Source: a virus | Length of the DNA stretch: 64,000 bases | IMG/VR virus record: IMGVR_UViG_3300024999_000048 | Coordinates: 32,001 to 96,000 of that record | Reading direction: 5' to 3' (one strand) | Shown: positions 34,390-43,013 of the stretch, piece after piece | How the letters are laid out: the number at the start of each line of letters is the position of its first letter | How positions within the stretch are numbered: the stretch's first letter is position 1 | Translations under genes and position numbers: made by a program | Notes under the pieces: generated by a model | Seen by the model: the letters and a program-made list of their open reading frames with translations, nothing else | Databases searched by the model: none | What the model was told of the DNA's origin: nothing

Positions 34390-35229
34390 ATGGATAAGAA
34401 AGAGGTAATACATATGCAAGGTGTAACAAATGCTTTATTAAACACAATTTTAGTTAGTATACCGGAGGAAGCTTTTATTGTGATTATGACATTGGTTTTT
34501 CTAAAACGATTTGATATGTTGGACATACGAATGTGGAAACACAGTTTAAAATGGGTTATGGTTCCAACAATTCCTGTGGCAATGGTAATAAATGTGTTTA
34601 GATACATAATAATCATACCAAAACCAACAATGTCTTTAATTGCTTTTATATTAATGAATGTACTAATCTTATATGTGGTTATAAAGAACAGTTATAGTAT
34701 TGATAAAAAATTAATTTTTAAAACAATAATTTTTACAGTTTTGAGTTTTATTATTGTTGGATTAATTGAATTGTTATATTATCCTCTTTCCCTTTCATTG
34801 CTACATAAGGAAATGAGTTTTTTTGATAATAAAATTATATACAATATAATAATATCACTTCCTGCAAGAATTATTGAAATATGTATTTTGACGTTTGTAG
34901 TAATAAAAAAGAACAATACAGTACAGGTAAATTTATTTAATACAATAGTCAAAAATAGATTTTTTACAAATAGTTTCTTAACTATAATTATATCAATAGT
35001 GTCATTGATTATTTATATAGCAAAGTTAATAATTGTTGATAATATCATTATTCATATTAGTATTGTTGATCAGTTGATTTTAACTTCGATTGTAATATCT
35101 GCACCAATAATATTGATCACATGGTTCTTAATGTTTATCAACTATTTGTTAACAAAAGAAAAACAAATACAACAGACTTATGAGAGTCTTGTTATGCAAG
35201 ATGACATAATGCTTGATGTAGAAGATTAA
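34390..35229 (+). CDS. polytopic membrane protein, AgrC-sensor-like but without kinase domains (paralog 1)
   Basis: about 7 hydrophobic segments; SIPEEAFI, LPARI, VNLF shared with 37159..38010; likely start ATG 34414; no H-box or HATPase motifs. Confidence 0.6.
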   Translation: MDKKEVIHMQGVTNALLNTILVSIPEEAFIVIMTLVFLKRFDMLDIRMWKHSLKWVMVPTIPVAMVINVFRYIIIIPKPTMSLIAFILMNVLILYVVIKNSYSIDKKLIFKTIIFTVLSFIIVGLIELLYYPLSLSLLHKEMSFFDNKIIYNIIISLPARIIEICILTFVVIKKNNTVQVNLFNTIVKNRFFTNSFLTIIISIVSLIIYIAKLIIVDNIIIHISIVDQLILTSIVISAPIILITWFLMFINYLLTKEKQIQQTYESLVMQDDIMLDVED

Positions 35230-35249
35230 CGTGAAAGGAGGTGAAATAA

Positions 35250-35366
35250 ATGAAAAAATACGCTATTATCGCTGGAGTAGTTGCCTTGTCTGCTACGATG
35301 TTCTCAAATGTTTTTGCATCATGGTTATTTTCACATCAACCAAAAACTCCTAATTGTATGAAATAA
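35250..35366 (+). CDS. agrD: AgrD-type cyclic autoinducing peptide precursor, 38 aa (absent from ORF track)
   Basis: MKKYAIIAGVVALSATMFSNVFASWLFSHQPKTPNCMK; perfect RBS AAAGGAGGTG; hydrophobic leader + S-WLFS + HQPKTP, like clostridial AgrD C-xxxx-HQP..P; agrB 1 kb downstream. Confidence 0.88.
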   Translation: MKKYAIIAGVVALSATMFSNVFASWLFSHQPKTPNCMK

Positions 35367-35378
35367 TCTCACTCTACA

Positions 35379-35406
35379 TATAGGGAGGGTTTCAGCCTTC
35401 CCTATA
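35379..35406 (+). terminator. hairpin downstream of agrD
   Basis: TATAGGGAGGG-tttcag-CCTTCCCTATA. Confidence 0.65.
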
Positions 35407-35445
35407 ATCATAATATAAATTAATAAGAAATCGCAAATAATTGTG

Positions 35446-35475
35446 TTGACATATTCATACATAGTAGGATATAAT
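35446..35475 (+). promoter_or_regulatory. consensus sigmaA promoter for mazF2-agrB
   Basis: TTGACA-18bp-TATAAT. Confidence 0.7.
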
Positions 35476-35516
35476 TATATTATCACGTAAGGCAAATTAT
35501 AAATATCTTATTAAAT

Positions 35517-36320
35517 ATGAAAAGGATGTGCATTACTATGTTCAACAAATTATTTGCTAAATCAACTACCTCTGAGGAAAACGTCAAAAAGGATTTTAAG
35601 AAATTAGCTAATTATGTACTCCATGCAAAAGGCCAAAATAGAACGATCAATGGATTTGCAGCAGATATGAAAACCGATTCTGAATACTTAACTCTTATTG
35701 CAACCGCTAAAATAAATTCATATCCACAAATTGATTTTCTTAAAATAATTGCAAACCATTCTCAAGGAAGGGTGTCTTTGCAAGAATTAACGATGGCATG
35801 TGGGTATTCAAACTACACTAATAATGACATGGAACAGATAAAAAGTATTGAAGTTAGACGAGGGTGGTTCTGCTACGTAAACCTAGGTGATGCTATGGAC
35901 TCAGAATATGGAGGAAATCGAATGTGTTTAATTGTGCAAAACGACGTAGGAAACCATTTCTCATCGACCTCAATTATTTTACCTCTCACCAGCAGACGAA
36001 AAACTCAACTCCCCACGCACGTTCAAGTCGGAATAAAAAATTGCGGCCTACCACAAGAATCAATTGTTAGTTGTGAGCAAATTCGTTGTGTAAGTAAACG
36101 GAGATTAATTCAAAGGGGAATAGTTCAGAAGGTATCTGAATGTCCTCCAGATGTAATGTTAAAGGTAGAGGTGGCTTTACTCAAGGCGCAAGGAGTTATA
36201 CATCTTAAAATGAATGAACAGGAAGCTATTCAACACTTAATGAACATGAATACCCAGAAAACATTTCAGTATCAAAATAATTATGCAAGTGCAGGACAGC
36301 AGGTAGCCTATGCACGATAA
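35517..36320 (+). CDS. mazF: MazF/PemK-family RNase with an N-terminal XRE/HTH-like domain
   Basis: C-term RRGWFCYVNL, DSEYGGNRMCLIVQNDVGN, LPLTS, LPTHV, CEQIRCVSKRRL; N-term RTINGFAADMKTDSEYLTLI...ELTMACGY helical XRE-like; likely start ATG 35538. Confidence 0.8.
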   Translation: MKRMCITMFNKLFAKSTTSEENVKKDFKKLANYVLHAKGQNRTINGFAADMKTDSEYLTLIATAKINSYPQIDFLKIIANHSQGRVSLQELTMACGYSNYTNNDMEQIKSIEVRRGWFCYVNLGDAMDSEYGGNRMCLIVQNDVGNHFSSTSIILPLTSRRKTQLPTHVQVGIKNCGLPQESIVSCEQIRCVSKRRLIQRGIVQKVSECPPDVMLKVEVALLKAQGVIHLKMNEQEAIQHLMNMNTQKTFQYQNNYASAGQQVAYAR

Positions 36321-36344
36321 AAGAAAGGAAGATTAAATAATTTA

Positions 36345-36986
36345 ATGAGTTTTATTGAATTTGTATCAAATCGTTCAGCTAAATGGTTAGCTAAAAATTA
36401 CCCGAACAATGGCAAATATCCAACTGTAGAGGATCAAATAGAAGTTTTCACATATGGTTTTATGGTTATATGGGGTGCTATATTAAAGGGATTCATAATG
36501 GTATCACTAGCATCTATTTTCGGAGTAATACTTCCTGCTATGATTATCACATTAACCTTCAGTAGTTTAAGAATCATAGCAGGAGGATATCATTTCGGTG
36601 AATATACAAAATGCATCACGTTTTCTACCATTCAATTCATAGGATCAGCATTAATAGTCAAGCACACACTTCAATATTGGTCACACCTAGACATACAAGG
36701 ATTATTTCTATTTTGTTGGGCAATGGGATTATATATAAATTTTCGATATATTCCCAAAGACACACCAAACAAACTGATTACAGAACCATTAGAAAGAGCA
36801 AAGTTTAAAAAATGGTCATTATTATACTTAATTTCATGGGTAACAATGATGACCATTTTATTATTCTTCAATCTAAAAATAATTGTTATTGCAAGTTGTT
36901 TCGGATTATTATTAGAACTTTTCTCGATAAGCAAGGTTGGTTATGGTATATATTCTCTTGTAGATGGTATTAGTATACATAAATAA
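36345..36986 (+). CDS. agrB: accessory gene regulator B (peptide-cyclising membrane endopeptidase)
   Basis: YGF, LRIIAGGYH...C (catalytic His/Cys), PKDTPNK; multiple TM helices. Confidence 0.92.
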   Translation: MSFIEFVSNRSAKWLAKNYPNNGKYPTVEDQIEVFTYGFMVIWGAILKGFIMVSLASIFGVILPAMIITLTFSSLRIIAGGYHFGEYTKCITFSTIQFIGSALIVKHTLQYWSHLDIQGLFLFCWAMGLYINFRYIPKDTPNKLITEPLERAKFKKWSLLYLISWVTMMTILLFFNLKIIVIASCFGLLLELFSISKVGYGIYSLVDGISIHK

Positions 36987-37158
36987 AATCTCACAAACCT
37001 CACAACATCCCATCTTATCCCATAATTGCAATACTTTATTCAATTTAATTTCCCAACATTTATGATATATTTACAGCAATAAGTAATAGCACATAATAAT
37101 TACACCCTTACTCAAAACAAACCAAAAACCTAATAATAGAGAAGGAAGGAAACCCTAT

Positions 37159-38010
37159 ATGCAATCTATTACTAATGCTGTATTAAACCTACTATTCGTT
37201 TCCATCCCAGAAGAAGCATTTATTGCAATCATAACTCTAACATTCCTAAATAAACTTGACAACTTATTCGACATCTATATGTGGAAGAAAAATCTAAAAT
37301 GGCTTATGATAGCAACATTGCCCGCATCAATATTAGTTTGTGTTTTGCGATTTATGTTATTAGTTCCCCAAATTATTGTAATAAAATCGGTAATGGCACT
37401 CATGATCACATCAATGATATACATAGTAGTAAAAAACTCTGACAAAATAACTATTCTTTTAATATTTAAAACAGCAATGTTCACATTAGCAGGTTTTGTA
37501 ATTACAGGAATATTGGAATATGCATATTGTCCAATAATATTTTCTCTATTACATAAACCTCAAGAATTCTTTAATAATGTTTTCCTCTATAATTTTCTAT
37601 TAGGATTACCCGCTAGAGTCCTCTATACTTGTGTTGTTGTTTTTATTATAATGAAGAAAAATGGCAAAGTTAAAGTTAATTTATTTGATATTTTAATTAA
37701 AAGCAAATTATTTATTGGCAGTTTTGTTGTTACAATATTGTCTGTAGTTTCATTAATTGTTTATATTGCTAAATTGGTAAAAAATGAAAGTATTTTATTT
37801 AGTTTCCAATTCATTGACCAATTTATCATTATTGTAATAATCACATCTGTTCCAACTATTTTAATTACTTTGTTATTAGTGGTTATTAATTATTTAATAT
37901 CTGGTGAGAGGAAGAATCAGCAAATGTATGAGAATATTGGCAATGAGGATGGTAAGAACAACGGCAACATTAATAATGAGGAAGATATTTATGACAACTA
38001 TTATGAATAG
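37159..38010 (+). CDS. polytopic membrane protein, AgrC-sensor-like but without kinase domains (paralog 2)
   Basis: MQSITNAVLNLLFVSIPEEAFI aligns with paralog 1 throughout; short acidic/Asn-rich C-tail, no kinase motifs. Confidence 0.6.
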   Translation: MQSITNAVLNLLFVSIPEEAFIAIITLTFLNKLDNLFDIYMWKKNLKWLMIATLPASILVCVLRFMLLVPQIIVIKSVMALMITSMIYIVVKNSDKITILLIFKTAMFTLAGFVITGILEYAYCPIIFSLLHKPQEFFNNVFLYNFLLGLPARVLYTCVVVFIIMKKNGKVKVNLFDILIKSKLFIGSFVVTILSVVSLIVYIAKLVKNESILFSFQFIDQFIIIVIITSVPTILITLLLVVINYLISGERKNQQMYENIGNEDGKNNGNINNEEDIYDNYYE

Positions 38011-38061
38011 GGTGATTCTGTACACCTCCTATTCTATTCACAACTATAAATAAATAACCAT

Positions 38062-38091
38062 TTGACAAATCTCAATGAACAATGTTATAAT
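38062..38091 (+). promoter_or_regulatory. consensus sigmaA promoter for the yopQ/yopR-like pair
   Basis: TTGACA-18bp-TG-N-TATAAT; a second candidate TTGCAT-17bp-TATAAT starts at 38129. Confidence 0.7.
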
Positions 38092-38192
38092 CATAGAGAT
38101 AAATAATTAAAGTAATTAAGCATCAACCTTGCATATCGGCATATATTATTATATAATGGTATCAATACATAGCAACTTAATTTGTTGCTGAT

Positions 38193-39566
38193 ATGTCAAA
38201 GGAGGAAAATAATATGAAAAAAGATCGTCAAGTTCTTGAGGATGTTCTTGATTTAGTAATTGAGGACTATTCTAATGACAACAAGGTTATGGAACATGTT
38301 ATAGTTAAATTATTAGAAAGAGGTATCCCAAGAGGACTTACAACTGGTCTGTTTACCAAAGCTACGCCATTGGTTTATGCTTCAGAAACCGAATTGTGTT
38401 TATTTACAAAGTACCTCTTTGGATATACTCACAGACCAGAAATAAATCCAGAAGAATTTTTTACAGAAATAGACTTATCTTTAGCAGAATCGTATCAAAA
38501 ACTAGAAAAGGACAAAGTTAAATATATTTTGTTGCATAATGTTGATCAACTTACTCCAACTCAATTTTTATGTACAAAAGAGACTTATCAAAATAATAGT
38601 GTTTATATGGGGAATGGATTATTAACTTATAATCCAAATACTCAAAGACAACTTCTGAAACGAAGAAGTGGAGACAAAATCATTGAATCAATTAATGTTG
38701 GTGGGAAAAAAGTTACAGAAATTACTTCATCAATGTTAGACAATACATTTTGCCCAAATGCAATCATATGGAACATTAGAAAGATAAACGGACAAGAGAA
38801 GTTTAAATACGATGCAAAATCTAGAACCTTATTAATTGAACCTGACAATATCACAACTTTTGTGGACATAATCGATGGTGCAAATCGTACTTGTGGGATG
38901 ATTAAGGTTGTTGAACTTAAACCTGAAATTGATAGAATTACTTCGATATATATTCATCATGTCACGGAAGAACGAGCGAATCAAATTATAAAACAAGAAA
39001 GTTTAGCTGCTCCTATTCAGACAGAATGGGTTGATTTTAAAGATACCGCAAATCCAAATATGGAAGTTGCTAAAGGTATTAATGATCGTCAAAGAGAAAA
39101 TGAAATGTTTAATCGAGTAGGGTTAGATTCCAAGGAATTGAAATTAGAAAACAAACTGGTTATGTTTGATACATTATCAAAAGCTATTGAATTTGTTTAT
39201 GATCTTAAAGAAAAACCTGTTATTAGACAAAGAGAAGTAATTGATGATTTGGTAGAATTATTTAATAATGTCATTGGACTTAATTTTTCAAAATTTAATA
39301 CAGAATTATCAGATGCCAGAGAAAAAACTTATATGGCACATGACAACATGTTTATTGGGTATATTATATTGGGAGATTTGTTAAGGCAGAAATATGAAAC
39401 AGAATGGAAATCTGAGTTGGTGAAGGTATTAAAGTCTTTAGATTTTGATAAGTCTAATAAAATTTGGAAGAAAATTGGTATTGAAAACAATGTAAATTTA
39501 TCTACTTTTAAAAAGATTTCAGAGTATTTTAAAGATATTGTCTCTGAAAAGGAGGTTGCTGTATAA
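38193..39566 (+). CDS. YopQ-like protein with DndB/ParB-like (DGQHR-type) domain
   Basis: YNPNTQR, IIDGANRT (DGxxR variant); size and position directly before a YopR-like gene as in SPbeta. Confidence 0.65.
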   Translation: MSKEENNMKKDRQVLEDVLDLVIEDYSNDNKVMEHVIVKLLERGIPRGLTTGLFTKATPLVYASETELCLFTKYLFGYTHRPEINPEEFFTEIDLSLAESYQKLEKDKVKYILLHNVDQLTPTQFLCTKETYQNNSVYMGNGLLTYNPNTQRQLLKRRSGDKIIESINVGGKKVTEITSSMLDNTFCPNAIIWNIRKINGQEKFKYDAKSRTLLIEPDNITTFVDIIDGANRTCGMIKVVELKPEIDRITSIYIHHVTEERANQIIKQESLAAPIQTEWVDFKDTANPNMEVAKGINDRQRENEMFNRVGLDSKELKLENKLVMFDTLSKAIEFVYDLKEKPVIRQREVIDDLVELFNNVIGLNFSKFNTELSDAREKTYMAHDNMFIGYIILGDLLRQKYETEWKSELVKVLKSLDFDKSNKIWKKIGIENNVNLSTFKKISEYFKDIVSEKEVAV

Positions 39567-40582
39567 TGTCGTTCACTATCGAAAGAACTTTATTCAATGA
39601 AGATCAAAAGAATCGTTTTCTTAATGAAAAATATCCAAATGAAAGCACTCGAACGACTAATACTTCTATCTTAAGAAGTGTAGGTAGATTTGAAAATGAT
39701 AAAAACAAAGATTTGTGTAAATTTAGTTATGAAGAAGTAAAAGAATTATTGATTGGTATGAAAAAGAAATCTGTGAAATCATTGGGTGTTGCTTATACAA
39801 TTATTATGCAGTATCTTGATTGGTGTTTATTCAACAATTACAGTTCAATGAATGTTTTGAAGTTGGTTGATAAAAAAGAAGACCTTCCAAAATATGTTCA
39901 TCAAGTAGCTCAGAAAAATTCTTATATCTCTAGAGATCAAATGTATTCTTACTGTGACCGGCTCTATAATTATGCCGACAAAGCAATGATTGCATTATTA
40001 TTTGAAAATGTTAGAGGAAGAACAGAAAAAGGTCATTCGTATGAAGAAATGAGAAATCTAAAAATTAATGATATATTCCCTGAAACAAATACAATTGCCA
40101 TAACTAGGGATGTAGATGATAATGTAAAGAATGACGCAGAGACTCCAAACCCAAGAACAATTAGTGTAGACCCAAGAACTATGGATATTCTCGTTGCAGC
40201 AGCCATAGAAGACACCTATCATCGTAGTAATGGTGAAGCGGAAGGTAGATTCGCTATATCTCAAACCAAAGACACTCCCTACCTTCTAAGAACGCTGGAC
40301 AGGAAGAGTAGCGCTGGAGATGATAGAATTACGGTAGGAAATATTAGTGCAAGATTTAAAAATTTCCGTCAATATACTGGCATCAAATTTCTAAATCCAA
40401 CCCTAGTATTTCAAAGTGGAATGTTTGACCGATGTTTTAAAGAGGAAGCAGATATTGGCGAGTTGAGTTCAGATAATTTTCGATATATACTCAGTGATTT
40501 AGAATTGGATGAAAGGGGTTGGCAAGGATTAAAAGAAACTTATGAAAGTTACAAACAAATACAGTCTACAGTCCCTAAATAA
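39566..40582 (+). CDS. YopR/MrpR-like tyrosine-recombinase-fold repressor
   Basis: LFNEDQKNRFL...FENDKNKDLCKFS N-terminus; ALLFENVRG...EMRNLKINDI; LNPTLVFQSGM lacks the canonical HxxR catalytic motif. Confidence 0.75.
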   Translation: MSFTIERTLFNEDQKNRFLNEKYPNESTRTTNTSILRSVGRFENDKNKDLCKFSYEEVKELLIGMKKKSVKSLGVAYTIIMQYLDWCLFNNYSSMNVLKLVDKKEDLPKYVHQVAQKNSYISRDQMYSYCDRLYNYADKAMIALLFENVRGRTEKGHSYEEMRNLKINDIFPETNTIAITRDVDDNVKNDAETPNPRTISVDPRTMDILVAAAIEDTYHRSNGEAEGRFAISQTKDTPYLLRTLDRKSSAGDDRITVGNISARFKNFRQYTGIKFLNPTLVFQSGMFDRCFKEEADIGELSSDNFRYILSDLELDERGWQGLKETYESYKQIQSTVPK

Positions 40583-40596
40583 TGGGGCTGTAGACT
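40563..40596 (+). terminator. hairpin overlapping the end of the MrpR-like gene
   Basis: AGTCTACAGTCCC-taaataat-GGGGCTGTAGACT. Confidence 0.65.
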
Positions 40597-41287
40597 TATA
40601 TCCCAATTTAAGTTTGGAAAGGTGTGAGAGTATAAATATAATTAAATTATAAATTAAGTTATTTTGTCGAAAGAATGGTTATATACATGTAATTTTTGTT
40701 TTGCAATTTGATGGACAAAGTGGGATAATGTAATTGAGCAGAGGGCGAATATGTGTTCCTAAAACAAGCTCAGAAAGGAACAAACATTTGGGTTCACTAA
40801 AAAATTATAAAGGGGTAGATGAATTGATAGCAGAACAGGAAGTATTTGTACTCAAAGACAGTAGAGGTAATTTTGTAGGAGTTAATTCCATTTCGTATGA
40901 TAAACGAAAAAGAAAAAATATCTATTCCTATTCGGAAATACATACGAATGGATACCGTACATATACAAATATAGACGATGCGAAAAAAATCTTGTATCTC
41001 CTTCAAGAAAAGGGAACAAAAATAAAATTTGGAATCCATTTCCATATTGAAAAGGTAAATAGGCAAGAGGTAGTGAAAAATGAATATAAATTGGGTATTA
41101 TTAAAACTTGCCCATTTAAACACATGGTAATTGACGAAATAGAAATAGATCAAATAGTTAATTCTATAGGAATATCATGTATTTTAATGGATTATAGAAC
41201 GATGGTAGAGGTGGGAGTATAGTTCTCCCTTTTCTCTTAGGGTTAATACAATAAATAAATATATCCATAAAAGAAAGCGAGCAAACA

Positions 41288-41863
41288 ATGAGGAAAATTA
41301 CATTTACACACAATAAATTATTTGTCAGCATGATAAGTGTATTTATTCTCATCAGTAGTACAAATGCAAATCATGTGATAAATGAGGATAAAAATATAAA
41401 ATTTACTAATTATGTAAGGAGTGATGCTTGTGAAATATTAAATCAAATGAGAAAACAATACATAGTAAAAGTAAGCCCAAAAGAAAAAGTTATTATTAAA
41501 GAAGAAAACTTGTTTCTTGTCTCAGCCTACGACCTTTCATTTCAATCATGCCAGAAATCAAGAGGTAATTCTGAGTATGGTATTACTGCTTCAGGGTTTA
41601 ATCTCAAAGGCCACACACTTCAATCTGCAAGGGTTATTTCTGTAGACCCTAGTATTATTCCATTAGGTAGCAAAGTAATGCTTACATTCAAAGAAAATGA
41701 ATATAAAAGGTACAACGGTATCTATAAAGCTTTGGATGTCGGAGGTAGAATTAAAGGCCACAGGATTGATTTATTCTACGGAGATTTCAGTTCATCCAAA
41801 CCAAATAGAAAGACAATTTCGTTCGGTTTAGCACATGCAATTGTAACAATTTTGAATGATTAA
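41288..41863 (+). CDS. secreted 3D-domain protein (lytic-transglycosylase-like)
   Basis: N-terminal signal/TM; SAY, GITASG, SVDPSIIPLGS, ALDVGGRIKGHRIDLF. Confidence 0.85.
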   Translation: MRKITFTHNKLFVSMISVFILISSTNANHVINEDKNIKFTNYVRSDACEILNQMRKQYIVKVSPKEKVIIKEENLFLVSAYDLSFQSCQKSRGNSEYGITASGFNLKGHTLQSARVISVDPSIIPLGSKVMLTFKENEYKRYNGIYKALDVGGRIKGHRIDLFYGDFSSSKPNRKTISFGLAHAIVTILND

Positions 41864-43013
41864 ACATATTGTGAACAAATTAGTAAATATAAAAATAAAA
41901 TTTAAGGAGAATGATAAAAATGGCAACTATATCAAGTATCACAGACTTTCCTGTAAAAAATGATTTTAACGCTATGATTGGTTTAGAATATCGTAATCTT
42001 AAAGATAGGATTGCTAAGACTGAAGCATTAGAAAGAGAAATGTTAAGAAAAAGAAAATTAGAGAAGAGGGATTTTAGAATTTCTTATGAGGATAATGGGA
42101 TGTTATATTGTTGTTTTTGGGACAAAAGTATAATTTATTAATACATAAAACAGGACAAAAAATTAAATATTCTTAACCCACTGAATTTTTAATCTCAATT
42201 CGTATATACTTTTTAAGGGACAAACCAAATAAAGAGAAAAGAGAGTGAAGATTAATATGATTATTACTGAAAGTGTAGAGATTACAAGAACTGAACAAAT
42301 TGTAGTAGGCAAATTGTGTAACAAATGTGGAAATGTATTTAGCTCTTATGCAGAAAATATAAAAACATCAAATACTGATTTAGGTGAGTATGGGAATTGT
42401 AAATCGGAAATATGCGATGACTGCTGGATAAAATTTATAAAAACTTTTTCTATTGTCCCATCAGGTTTTAAAAGTAACCCCCAATTTACTTCATCTTTTG
42501 ATTTAGACCATGATTTACATCAAAAATTATTTGTAGAGTGGCAAGAAACAAATGTATGGAATTGTGATGAAAATCCATGGAGAGATTATTATAGTGAAGA
42601 TAATTCAATTCAGGAATTTGAAGAGTATGAGGAATACACTGAAGAATATGAAGAGTTTTATGATGCTGTAGAGGATCGCAAACCCTTACATACTAATTTG
42701 AGATTAGTAAAGTAGATTGAATTTTGAGATTTATTTCAATATTAAAGGAGGATTATATTATATGAAAAATAAAGAAGATACATTATTTGACGTAACAACA
42801 TTGAAGATAGGAGATATAGTCAATTATTTTTCTCATGATAATGGAAATTATTTTATTGAGCAGGGCGAGGTTAGAAGTGAAAATATCTATAAGGATGGTG
42901 TAGAAGTTCATGGAGAAGGGTGGAGACAGTATGTAGGAAAATGGTTTATAAATAAAATTATAAGAAATGAGAAAGTAATATATGAACAACAATAATATTA
43001 TAAGAATTTAAAT

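Noticed and set aside
39566-40582. Active phage integrase
   Set aside because: Lacks the HxxR catalytic motif and matches the repressor-type YopR/MrpR layout; no attachment site or host boundary seen next to it
40665-40671. Spo0A box TGTCGAA upstream of 40734
   Set aside because: A single 7-mer is expected by chance in 64 kb; no supporting second box
40713-42224. GGACAAA repeated in intergenic DNA (32333, 40713, 42120, 42153, 42218)
   Set aside because: Short, irregularly spaced and also present in coding sequence; cannot be distinguished from chance by eye
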